A stretch of DNA of 64,000 nt, taken from Mycobacteriaceae bacterium (GTDB taxonomy: Bacteria; Actinomycetota; Actinomycetes; Mycobacteriales; Mycobacteriaceae). The stretch is from assembly GCA_037138615.1 (NCBI GenBank), contig JBAXIA010000003.1, forward strand, positions 7,006 to 71,005, written 5' to 3'. Within the stretch, counting starts at the first letter, position 1; every line of letters starts with the position of its first letter. Positions 36,402-44,886 of this stretch are shown piece after piece. The notes under the pieces are model-generated. The model worked only from the letters and a program-made list of their open reading frames with translations. It ran no database searches and had not been told where the DNA came from. A program made the position numbers and the translations under genes.

Positions 36402-37526
36402 GTGCTGGACGGTCAGGACAGTCCCATGGTTCCCATCCCGGCAGGCAATCTGCGCGAAAGTGAGCTACTGACAACCTCTTTGCGGGTCGGCGAGGAAATC
36501 GATGACGAGATCGGATTAGTCATCGCCACTTCCGGCACCACCGGCACACCCAAGGGCGCGATGCTGACTCCGGCAGCTCTGATCGCCAGCGCCTCGGCCA
36601 CCCATGACCGACTTGGCGGAGCGGGAAACTGGCTGCTGGCCCTGCCGGCCCACCATATCGCCGGCATGCAGGTGCTGGTGCGTTGTGTGCTGGCCGGTAC
36701 GGTTCCGGCGGAGCTCGACCTCTCAGAGGGTTTTGATATCGCCGAATTACCAAGGGCGGTAGCGCAACTGGGCTCAGGACGGCGCTACACGTCGCTGGTG
36801 GCCAACCAGCTCGCCAAGGCCCTGACCGACACCGCGGCCCGGGCGGCGCTGGCCGAATTAGACGCAGTGCTGCTCGGCGGCGGACCTGCTCCGGCACCGG
36901 TGCTTGACGGCGCGGCCGAGGCAGGAATCACGGTGGTGCGCAGCTATGGCTCGAGCGAGACCGCGGGCGGCTGCGTCTACGACGGACTGCCACTGGACGG
37001 TGTAGAGGTACGGATCGACCAGCCAAACGAGGGCGGACCGGGTCGCATCACGATCGGCGGCGCCACCCTGGCCAAGGGATACCGAAATCCGACGGACCCC
37101 AACCCCTTTGACGAGCCGGGCTGGTTCCACACCAATGATGTTGGTCTCGTTGATGGTTCAGGTCGACTATCGATACTGGGCCGCACCGATGATGCCATCA
37201 GTACCGGCGGGCTGACGATCATGCCCGGGTTGGTGGAAGTGGTGCTGGCCCGCCATCCCGCGGTGGCAGAGTGCGCGGTCTTCGGCGTGCCGGACGATCG
37301 GCTGGGCCAGCGGGTGGCGGCCGCGGTCGTCGCCGCTCCGGGGGTGCCGTGGCCGACACTCGACGAACTGACAGAGTTTCTGGCGATGTCGCTGGATCGC
37401 ACTGCAGCGCCGCGCGAGGTGCACGTCATCGCTGAACTGCCGCGGTACGGAATCGGCAAGATCGACCGCTTGGCGCTGCGCGAGCGCTATTCCGCCCACG
37501 ACGCACCGGGAGCCTACGGCTGGTGA
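36402..37526 (+). CDS. menE: o-Succinylbenzoate-CoA ligase
   Basis: ATSGTTGTPKGA, YGSSE and TNDVG motifs, with the short length typical of MenE. The frame is open and protein-like back to 36306 without any ATG/GTG/TTG (see findings). Confidence 0.88.
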   Translation: MLDGQDSPMVPIPAGNLRESELLTTSLRVGEEIDDEIGLVIATSGTTGTPKGAMLTPAALIASASATHDRLGGAGNWLLALPAHHIAGMQVLVRCVLAGTVPAELDLSEGFDIAELPRAVAQLGSGRRYTSLVANQLAKALTDTAARAALAELDAVLLGGGPAPAPVLDGAAEAGITVVRSYGSSETAGGCVYDGLPLDGVEVRIDQPNEGGPGRITIGGATLAKGYRNPTDPNPFDEPGWFHTNDVGLVDGSGRLSILGRTDDAISTGGLTIMPGLVEVVLARHPAVAECAVFGVPDDRLGQRVAAAVVAAPGVPWPTLDELTEFLAMSLDRTAAPREVHVIAELPRYGIGKIDRLALRERYSAHDAPGAYGW

Positions 37527-38884
37527 GAGGCGACATCGGGCGACGCGATGCCATCGCGGTCTTGGGTGCCGCGCTGCTGGTGGCCGCCGCGTTCGTCGTG
37601 CCGCACCTGCACCTCGGCATCGTGACGCCGCTGATCCACGCAACGGCCGCGCAGATCCATGACTACGCCGAGACCGCACCGATTTTCGGCTGGTGGAATG
37701 CCCATATCGGGTGGGGCACGCTACCGGCCATCACGATCGGGGCCGCCGCCGTGTGGTGGGGACCGCGGATCGCCCAGCGGCTCCGGTGGCGGCAGCTGAC
37801 GTGGGCGACGTGGGCGACGTCATGCGCCTGGGCATTCGCGCTGGCGATGATCGACGGCTGGCAGCGCGGCTTCGCCGGCCGACTGACCGCCAGGCACGAA
37901 TATCTGCGTCAGGTGCCGACCATCACGGATGCAGGCGAGGCGGTGCGCACCTTCTCCAGCCGCATCCTGGACTTCCAGCCGAACTCGTGGATCACACACG
38001 TGTCCGGCCACCCACCCGGTGCGCTGCTGACATTCGTCTGGCTGGACCGCATCGGTCTACGCGGCGGGGCGTGGGCCGGGTTGCTCTGTCTCCTGGCCGG
38101 ATCCAGTGCTGCGGTGGCGATCATCGTCGCCATTCGTGCACTGTGCGATGAGCAGACCGCGCGACTGGCAGCGCCGTTCGTGGCGGTGGCGCCGACTGCG
38201 ATCTGGGTAGTGGTGTCGGCCGACGGCTACTTTGCGGGCGTGGCTGCCTGGGGAATCGCACTGCTGGCATTGGCCGTGCGGAGCAAGGTGCGTAGCCCGG
38301 CGGTGGCGGCGGTGGGGTCTGGGCTCCTGCTCGGCTGGGGAATCTTCCTCAATTACGGCCTGGCACTGATGGCGCTACCGGCAGTCGCGGTGCTGGTGTG
38401 CGCACCCGACCGTCGCACCGCGCTGCGAACGCTGATTGCGGCGGTGGGGGCGGCAGTGGCGGTAGTAGCCGTGTTCGCCGTCGCGGGCTTCTGGTGGTTT
38501 GACGGCTATACCCTTGTCCAGCAACGCTATTGGCAGGGAATCGCGAACGTCCGACCCTTCCAGTACTGGGGATGGGCAAATTTCGCATCGGTGGTGTGTG
38601 CGATCGGCCTGGGCAGCGTCGCGGGTGTGGCCCGAGCCTTCGATAGTGCCGCGGTCAAGAGCCGCCACGGAGTGAATCTACTGGTGTTGGCCGCACTCGC
38701 GGCGATCGTGCTCGCCGACCTGTCGATGCTGTCCAAGGCCGAGACTGAGCGGATCTGGCTGTCATTCGAGGTATGGCTGACCGCCGCACCCGCGCTGCTG
38801 CCGGTGCGGTCACACCGATGGTGGCTGGGCCTTAACGTGGCCGGCGCGCTACTGCTGAACCACGTGATTCTGACGAACTGGTAG
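37523..38884 (+). CDS. Polytopic integral membrane protein (Rv0541c-like; possibly a GT-C-type glycosyltransferase)
   Basis: 453 aa with more than 10 hydrophobic segments. The GTG overlaps the menE stop (GTGA). The functional class is a guess. Confidence 0.7.
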   Translation: MRGDIGRRDAIAVLGAALLVAAAFVVPHLHLGIVTPLIHATAAQIHDYAETAPIFGWWNAHIGWGTLPAITIGAAAVWWGPRIAQRLRWRQLTWATWATSCAWAFALAMIDGWQRGFAGRLTARHEYLRQVPTITDAGEAVRTFSSRILDFQPNSWITHVSGHPPGALLTFVWLDRIGLRGGAWAGLLCLLAGSSAAVAIIVAIRALCDEQTARLAAPFVAVAPTAIWVVVSADGYFAGVAAWGIALLALAVRSKVRSPAVAAVGSGLLLGWGIFLNYGLALMALPAVAVLVCAPDRRTALRTLIAAVGAAVAVVAVFAVAGFWWFDGYTLVQQRYWQGIANVRPFQYWGWANFASVVCAIGLGSVAGVARAFDSAAVKSRHGVNLLVLAALAAIVLADLSMLSKAETERIWLSFEVWLTAAPALLPVRSHRWWLGLNVAGALLLNHVILTNW

Positions 38885-39277
38885 CAGCCTGCTCCCGATC
38901 AGATAGAGCAGCGCCGCCCCCCACACCACTGCCAGCGAAACCCAGAAGCCCCAGTGATAGTCGCGGTCGAGTACCGACGGGTTGTCGAGTTGCAGACCGG
39001 GCTTGTTGTAGACCGGGATCGCGAGTAGGACCAGCACGATGGTGCAGAGGGTGGCCACCAGGAGCGGCGACCACCAGGAGCGGGGCAGGATCCGCCGGGC
39101 CGCGAACCCCAGAGCCAAACAGGCCGGGGCGAATACCGCGTCATGGAGAAGCAACCCGATCGCTGCCCACACCCCGATCCGAATGATCACCTGAGTCGGG
39201 TTATCGAACACCAGGACCGCGCCATAGGCGCCGACCGCGAGGCCGAGGGCGATCAGCAGCCCGCGCACGGCCGTCAT
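38849..39277 (-). CDS. 4-TM membrane protein, unknown function
   Basis: The ATG at 39277 overlaps the stop of the upstream oxidoreductase (ATGA). It has four hydrophobic helices. Confidence 0.6.
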   Translation of the reverse strand: MTAVRGLLIALGLAVGAYGAVLVFDNPTQVIIRIGVWAAIGLLLHDAVFAPACLALGFAARRILPRSWWSPLLVATLCTIVLVLLAIPVYNKPGLQLDNPSVLDRDYHWGFWVSLAVVWGAALLYLIGSRLLPVRQNHVVQQ

Positions 39278-40401
39278 ACCACCACCTCGATCCGTGTCAG
39301 CCATTTGGTCTGCAGCACACCCGGCCTGGACGGGGCGATCAGCCGGGCCGGATAGCCGTGATCGGGATGCAACTGCTCACCATTGAGCTTCAACGCGATC
39401 AGGGTCTGCGAATCGCGCGCGTGCCGGGCCGGCAGCACGGTGCGGGAATACGGTCCCGGTGGCTCGAGCGAGATCATTCGAACATCCGATTCGGCCGAAC
39501 CACCAACAGCCTCAACCAGTTTCGACAGCGGCACGCCGGTCCAGGTCGCGCTGGCACTCCAGCCTTCGACGCAGGCGATCGGTAGCTGGTGGGTGACCTG
39601 AGGCATGGCGGCCAGTTCGGCGAGCGTGAACGCCCGGACTGCGGTGCCGTTGGTGACCGTGAGCCGGTAATCCGGTGAGCCGGCGGCGCGCAGCACCCCG
39701 GCGGCCCATGCCGTCCGGTTCACCGGCAGTCCTTGGGGACCCTGACCTGAACGCGGCGCCAGCAGCGACACCCTGCGCAACCACGACACGGTCTGTCCTG
39801 CAGTCAGCACGGTGGCGACACCGACAGCCAGCCAGGTGCCACGCAGCACGGTCCGCCTGGTCGGCCCGGCTGGAAGCTGGCCGGTCGGAATCTCTTCAAG
39901 CGGCTCGCCGAGCGCACGGCGGATGATCGGCAACTTGACGCCGATATGAACCAGTACCGCACCGGCGACGACATACGCCATCGCGTAGTGGTTGGTGGTG
40001 AAGAAGAACTTGAACCCGTACCACTTGGCGGTGTTCATGATGCCGGTGGACAGTTGAAACAACATGGACGCCACCAGGACCAGAATGGAGGCTCGCTCAA
40101 GCTGGCGGGTCAGCCCGCCGATGATGGGACGCTCGAAGAGTTTCGGGTAGACCGACCACAGCTTGACCACCAGCAGCGGGATCGCGGCGATCCCGGAGAT
40201 GATGTGTAGTCCCTGGGTGAGTTGGTAGAGCCAGACCGGCCGGGTTGGCCAGTAGAACCAGGGCTGCGGGTGCTGGATGAAGTGGCTGATGAACCCGGTG
40301 ATGAAACAAATGGTGATGGCAACGCCCAGTGCCATCCCAACCCGGGCGGTGATCGCAGTGCCGCGCAATGAGGCGTCGGCTGCTGCTTTGGCGCCTGTCA
40401 T
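39274..40401 (-). CDS. Membrane-anchored molybdopterin-dependent oxidoreductase (SUOX/YedY-fold C-terminal domain)
   Basis: The N-terminal region of about 170 aa has 5 helices with conserved His. The C-terminal domain has IACVEGWSASATWTGVPL and ...HGYPARLIAPSRPGVLQTKWL, typical of the Oxidored_molyb fold. A GGGAGG Shine-Dalgarno sequence lies upstream. Confidence 0.8.
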   Translation of the reverse strand: MTGAKAAADASLRGTAITARVGMALGVAITICFITGFISHFIQHPQPWFYWPTRPVWLYQLTQGLHIISGIAAIPLLVVKLWSVYPKLFERPIIGGLTRQLERASILVLVASMLFQLSTGIMNTAKWYGFKFFFTTNHYAMAYVVAGAVLVHIGVKLPIIRRALGEPLEEIPTGQLPAGPTRRTVLRGTWLAVGVATVLTAGQTVSWLRRVSLLAPRSGQGPQGLPVNRTAWAAGVLRAAGSPDYRLTVTNGTAVRAFTLAELAAMPQVTHQLPIACVEGWSASATWTGVPLSKLVEAVGGSAESDVRMISLEPPGPYSRTVLPARHARDSQTLIALKLNGEQLHPDHGYPARLIAPSRPGVLQTKWLTRIEVVV

Positions 40402-40403
40402 CC

Positions 40404-41705
40404 TCAGGCCTCCCAGCCGGCAGCGCCGACAGTGGCAGGCGGGGCATCGTCGCGGTAGACATCGGTTCGCGCGTCAATCTCCCGCGCCAGGTACGGCGGC
40501 ACACTGAGCTTGCCCCTCAAGAGTTGAGGCGTGATCCAACGGTGCTCCCCGGACAGCCCGTCGCCCAAGCCTTCAATGGTCGCGACGTCGAGGCGGCTGA
40601 GGAGATCCTGCTTCGAGGCGATAACGAAGCCGAGGTCCCGGCCGTAGCACGGCGCATCGACCGCGTAGGGGATGACGGACGGGAACACCGCGCGCAGCGT
40701 TCGGATCACCTTCGCGTGCAGCGCCATCTCGATTGGTGACGCCGGGCCGGCCTGCACGGCGAGCACGCCGTGCGGACGCAGCACCCGCGCGATCTCGGTG
40801 AAGTACTCGACGGTGAAACAGAACGTCGACGGCCCGTCCTCCACCGGGTCGGTCATATCGGAGACGACGACATCGAGGCTCCCATCCGGTACCGAAGCCA
40901 AGAATGCGACCGCATCCCGGTACACCAGCGTCACACGTGGGTCATCGAAGGCACCCCGGTGGTGCAACGGCAGGTGCTCGCGGCACGCCGCGACAACTTC
41001 GGCGTCGATATCGACCATCGTCACGTGCTCCATCGCACGCCAGCGCAGCACCTCGCGCAGGCACGCCCCCTCGCCGCCACCGAGGACCAGGGCATCACGA
41101 ACCGGAGCGCTGGCGGCCGCCGCGTAGCACGCCGGGTGGACGATGCCCTCGTGGTAGATGAACTCATCGGCATCGGTGCTCTGTACGACTCCGTCGAGGA
41201 CGAGCATGCGGCCCCAGGTCTCGGACCGACCGATGAGGAAATCCTGGAACTCGCTCGACCCACTGGTGTAGACCTCGGCGAGGTCGTGCTCGTAGCGGTC
41301 GGCGGGGGTGATGAACTCCGCGAATCGGAAGGCGGGCTCGTCTGGTCCGCCGGGAACCACGCGCGGCACCGTCGCTCGCCGGACGTTGGTGGGCGCGAGG
41401 CCCTCGATAATGAGATCGATGAGGTGCTCAGGATCCGCGGCACCACAGGTGTATGCGTCGAGTGTCGCGCCACCCCATTCCGGCCAGGTGTGAATCGAGA
41501 CATGCGACTCTGCGAGTACCACGACCGCAGTCACGCCGTGCGGCTGGAATGCGTGGTGGTGGCGGGAGAGCACCCGGGCGCCCACCGCTTCGCAGGCGTC
41601 GGCGAGCAGTTTTTCGAGTCCGGCGCCGTCATCCAGCAGTGGCGACACGGAGCCGCTGATATCTGCAAGAACGTGGCTGCCGACGGTTCGCGAGGACACG
41701 AGCAC
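40404..41705 (-). CDS. Fused S-adenosylmethionine decarboxylase (pyruvoyl, SpeD/SpeH type) - spermidine synthase-like aminopropyltransferase
   Basis: The N-terminus has GSHVLADISG...VVVLAESHVSIHTWPE...DAYTCG (self-cleavage E|S motif). The C-terminus has LDGVVQS..DEFIYHE, LVLGGGEG, VDIDAEVV and SDMTDP. The ORF is open to 41783; I prefer the GTG near 41705. Confidence 0.8.
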   Translation of the reverse strand: MLVSSRTVGSHVLADISGSVSPLLDDGAGLEKLLADACEAVGARVLSRHHHAFQPHGVTAVVVLAESHVSIHTWPEWGGATLDAYTCGAADPEHLIDLIIEGLAPTNVRRATVPRVVPGGPDEPAFRFAEFITPADRYEHDLAEVYTSGSSEFQDFLIGRSETWGRMLVLDGVVQSTDADEFIYHEGIVHPACYAAAASAPVRDALVLGGGEGACLREVLRWRAMEHVTMVDIDAEVVAACREHLPLHHRGAFDDPRVTLVYRDAVAFLASVPDGSLDVVVSDMTDPVEDGPSTFCFTVEYFTEIARVLRPHGVLAVQAGPASPIEMALHAKVIRTLRAVFPSVIPYAVDAPCYGRDLGFVIASKQDLLSRLDVATIEGLGDGLSGEHRWITPQLLRGKLSVPPYLAREIDARTDVYRDDAPPATVGAAGWEA

Positions 41706-41737
41706 TGAACCTAACACTGGGTACTTAAAACCCGGTG

Positions 41738-42397
41738 TCACAACCCTCGGGTGACTCGGGCGAATCGACCCGATGAGCGGCATGTCGCACGGACAACGGC
41801 AATATCGGCGACGGTGTCGACATCCGGGATCTCCTCCAGCAGTTCGACCGGAGCGCCCGTTCGGCGGAGCGCCTCAGCGGTGATCACACCGGTGTCGGGG
41901 TGCGACATCGGAACCCCGCGAAGGCATTGCGCGGTCGCGGCGTCGGCCACCCCCAGCAGCCACCATCCGCCGTCACAGGCCGGCCCGAGTACTGCATGTG
42001 CGTCAAGCAGGGCGCGGGCGCTGCGGGTGAGCAACTCGACGGTGACCTGTGGAGTGTCCATCCCGATCTGCAGCACGGGCATGGGCCCGACGGCGTCGGC
42101 AGCGTCGGCATGGGCGTTGGCCAACCGCTCGGCAAAGTCGGTGCCGCGTTGCTCGATCACGATGAACCCGGACAGCCGTTCACGGATGGCGTCAGCCCGA
42201 CAGGCCATCGCGAGGTCGCCCGTTATCGCGACAACCTTTGCGGCAAAGGGTGTTTCGGCAACTGTATCGAGAGTGTCGAGCAGTGCCGCCGCGGCGATGT
42301 CTGCGGCCATCGTGTCCCCCAGCACCGCGGCCAGCCGGGTCTTGGCCAGGCCGGGAACCGGAGCCTTGGCCACGACCAAGGCGATCACCGGTATCAC
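41738..42397 (-). CDS. DUF2064 / TIGR04282-type nucleotidyl- or glycosyl-transferase-like protein (Rv0540-like)
   Basis: (V)IPVIALVVAKAPVPGLAKTRL... is a typical DUF2064 start. The GTG at 42397 overlaps the upstream stop (GTGA). Confidence 0.75.
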   Translation of the reverse strand: MIPVIALVVAKAPVPGLAKTRLAAVLGDTMAADIAAAALLDTLDTVAETPFAAKVVAITGDLAMACRADAIRERLSGFIVIEQRGTDFAERLANAHADAADAVGPMPVLQIGMDTPQVTVELLTRSARALLDAHAVLGPACDGGWWLLGVADAATAQCLRGVPMSHPDTGVITAEALRRTGAPVELLEEIPDVDTVADIAVVRATCRSSGRFARVTRGL

Positions 42398-43050
42398 GAG
42401 ATCGTCTTCCAGAAGTCGAGGGCGGCAATCACACTGCCGCGGACCGAACCGCTGACTTTCGATTTTCCGCCCAGCCGCGGACCGTAGTCGACATCGACCT
42501 CGATGACCTTCCATCCGGCCGCGGCCGCCCGAACCAACAACTCGAGCGGATACCCCGACCGGCGATCGGTCACACCGAGTGCGAGCAGCGCGTCACGGCG
42601 CACCACCCGCATCGGAGCGATGTCGTGGACGCCCAGCCTGTGCTTAGTCCGCAGCCGCCAGCACACGGCAGCGGTGCCCAGACGGGCATGCCACGGCCAG
42701 CGCAGCCCGGGAAGGGGGCGGCGCCGGCCGATCACCATGTCGGCACCGCGCTCCAGTTCCTTGACGAGCCCGGGCAGATCGGCAGGGTCCAGGGATCCGT
42801 CGCCGTCGAGCACCGCGACGACAGATGTCTGCGCTGCCAGCACGCCGGCGTGCACGGCCGAGCCGTATCCGGGCCGGGTCTCGGTGACCACCTGCGCTCC
42901 GTGGAGGCGAGCGACTTCCGCGGTGGCATCGGTGCTGTTGTTGTCGACCACCAGGGGGCGATAGCCGGGTGGAATGGCGGCCAGTACGGCGGGTAGCGAC
43001 TCGGCCTCGTTGAGACACGGCAGCACCACCGTGATCGCAGAGCCGGACAT
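42394..43050 (-). CDS. Family-2 glycosyltransferase (Rv0539-like, dolichyl-phosphate sugar synthase-like)
   Basis: ITVVLPCLNEAESL...VVDNNSTD...VAVLDGDGS (DxD) motifs. Confidence 0.85.
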   Translation of the reverse strand: MSGSAITVVLPCLNEAESLPAVLAAIPPGYRPLVVDNNSTDATAEVARLHGAQVVTETRPGYGSAVHAGVLAAQTSVVAVLDGDGSLDPADLPGLVKELERGADMVIGRRRPLPGLRWPWHARLGTAAVCWRLRTKHRLGVHDIAPMRVVRRDALLALGVTDRRSGYPLELLVRAAAAGWKVIEVDVDYGPRLGGKSKVSGSVRGSVIAALDFWKTIS

Positions 43051-43150
43051 AGCCGCAAACACTAGGCGAGGAGGGCCCCGCACATCGTCCGCAATGACGA
43101 AACGGTGACGTCACAGCAGGTAGCGACGTACCAGCACTAGGCTCGACGGT

Positions 43151-43855
43151 ATGCAGTCCCGTGTTCTGATCGCCGACGACGACGTCGTGGTGCGCGATAT
43201 CGTGCGCCGCTATCTCGAACGCGACGGCCACGAGGTCCGAGTCGCCAGTGACGGTAATGAGGCATTGCGGATGCTTGGCACTGAGCGGATCGACGTGGCG
43301 GTGCTTGACGTGATGATGCCGGGCCCCAACGGGCTGTCACTGTGCCGAACGTTGCGCCAGGGCGGCGACTACACGGTCCCGGTGATCCTGCTGACCGCAC
43401 TCAGCGAGGAGGATGACCGGATCGCCGGACTCGAAGCCGGCGCCGACGACTACCTCACCAAGCCGTTCAGCCCGCGGGAGCTGGCCCTGCGGGTGCGCTC
43501 GTTGCTGCGCCGCGCTCCGGCCCCGTCGCCGACGGTGCCGTTGGAGATCACCATGGGTGACCTGAGAGTGTCCACAGCGGCACGGGCGGTAACCGTGGGC
43601 GGGCAACCGGTTGGCCTGACCAACCGCGAGTTCGATCTGCTGTTGTTCTTCATCACCCACACCGACGTCGTCTTCTCCCGGGAGGAACTGCTGAAGGAGG
43701 TGTGGAACTGGGACTTCGGTGACCTCTCGACGGTGACGGTGCATGTGAAGCGGTTGCGGTCCAAGCTCACCGAGCACCATCGCGTGCAGACGGTGTGGGG
43801 TCGTGGATACCTCTGGCGGGGTGAAGCCGACGGCGGTGACCGTGCCCACGCATGA
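43151..43855 (+). CDS. OmpR-family response regulator
   Basis: Receiver motifs (LIADDD..., VLDVMMPG, LTA, KPF) and a winged-helix C-terminus (VHVKRLRSKL...VWGRGY). Confidence 0.93.
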   Translation: MQSRVLIADDDVVVRDIVRRYLERDGHEVRVASDGNEALRMLGTERIDVAVLDVMMPGPNGLSLCRTLRQGGDYTVPVILLTALSEEDDRIAGLEAGADDYLTKPFSPRELALRVRSLLRRAPAPSPTVPLEITMGDLRVSTAARAVTVGGQPVGLTNREFDLLLFFITHTDVVFSREELLKEVWNWDFGDLSTVTVHVKRLRSKLTEHHRVQTVWGRGYLWRGEADGGDRAHA

Positions 43856-44867
43856 CCTGACCCAGATCGCCTTACTGGCGCTGGGCGTCTCGCTACCGGT
43901 GGTGCTCATCGGCGGATTGATCATCCGACTTGCGCGGTCGTGGTCCCTGACCGTCAGCATGGTGGCGTTGGTGCTGATCCCCACCCTGGCCACCTTCGCC
44001 GGGGTTTTTGCCGCCAGCCGGTTTATGACGAGCAGCACCTTCCAGACGATCGCCGTGGTGCTGGTGATCGTGGCGGTGGTGACTCTGCCGGCCGCGGTGA
44101 TGCTCGCCCGGTACCAGGCTCGGCGGACAGTGTGGGAGAGAGAGATTCAGGATGCCGAACGGGTAGCTGAGCAGTCTCGGCGCCAGCTTGTGGCATTCGT
44201 AAGTCACGATCTGCGCACACCCCTGGCTGGGATCCGAGCGTTGTCGGAGGCGATCGCCGACGGTGTGTTCAACGACGACGAGGTTCGGACGCAGGCGAAA
44301 ACCATTGAGCAGGAAACTATTCGGCTCTCCGCGATGGTTGATGACCTGTTCGAGATGGCGAAGATCAACGCGGGCGCGGTCAATGCACCCTACGATCGGG
44401 TAGCTCTTGACGAGGTCGTCGATGATGTGTTGATTTCTCACCGGATGGCCGCCGAGCGATCTGGGGTGGTGCTCAAGGTCGATCTGCCGACCAAACCGGT
44501 TCGGGTGATCGGCAGTGATCGCGCGCTGGTGCGGGTGCTGTCCAATCTGGTGGCCAATGCGATCGCCCACACTCCGGCCGGTGGTTCGGTCACGCTCGCA
44601 GTGGGTGCTGATGAGAACGGAGCTTGGGCCCGGGTGGACGATACCGGCGTCGGAATCGACGCCGATGACCTGCCGCGGGTGTTCGATGTCGCGTACCGGG
44701 GTTCGAATCACCGTGTGCCCCGGTCCGATTCGTCATTGCCCAGCGGATCCGGACTTGGTTTGGCGATCGCAGCCGGCCTGGTGCGGGCGCATCGCGGCAC
44801 GCTGTCGGCACACAATCTGGATCACGGTGCGCGGTTCGAGGTGCGGCTGCCGCTGGCGGCCGAGTAG
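43803..44867 (+). CDS. Sensor histidine kinase
   Basis: Two N-terminal TM helices, an H-box FVSHDLRTPL, an N-box LSNLVANAI and a G-box GSGLGLAIA. The start is uncertain because several in-frame GTGs lie in the overlap with the response regulator. Confidence 0.88.
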   Translation: MDTSGGVKPTAVTVPTHDLTQIALLALGVSLPVVLIGGLIIRLARSWSLTVSMVALVLIPTLATFAGVFAASRFMTSSTFQTIAVVLVIVAVVTLPAAVMLARYQARRTVWEREIQDAERVAEQSRRQLVAFVSHDLRTPLAGIRALSEAIADGVFNDDEVRTQAKTIEQETIRLSAMVDDLFEMAKINAGAVNAPYDRVALDEVVDDVLISHRMAAERSGVVLKVDLPTKPVRVIGSDRALVRVLSNLVANAIAHTPAGGSVTLAVGADENGAWARVDDTGVGIDADDLPRVFDVAYRGSNHRVPRSDSSLPSGSGLGLAIAAGLVRAHRGTLSAHNLDHGARFEVRLPLAAE

Positions 44868-44886
44868 CGGCTTCGGTGCCCGTCCG

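Noticed and set aside
37796-37822. 9-bp tandem repeat gacgtgggc x ~2.6 inside the Rv0541c-like membrane-protein gene (encodes TWATWAT)
   Set aside because: It is in-frame, very short, and inside a hydrophobic coding region. It is most simply a small slippage duplication and is not a repeat element or an array.
40770-41708. 312-aa plus-strand ORF antisense to the AdoMetDC-spermidine synthase fusion
   Set aside because: The minus-strand product has complete catalytic motifs for both domains. The plus-strand product is low-complexity and Arg/Asp/Gly-rich.
43893-44711. 272-aa minus-strand ORF antisense to the histidine kinase
   Set aside because: The plus strand carries complete H/N/G boxes. 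The antisense product is His/Arg/Gly-rich without motifs.
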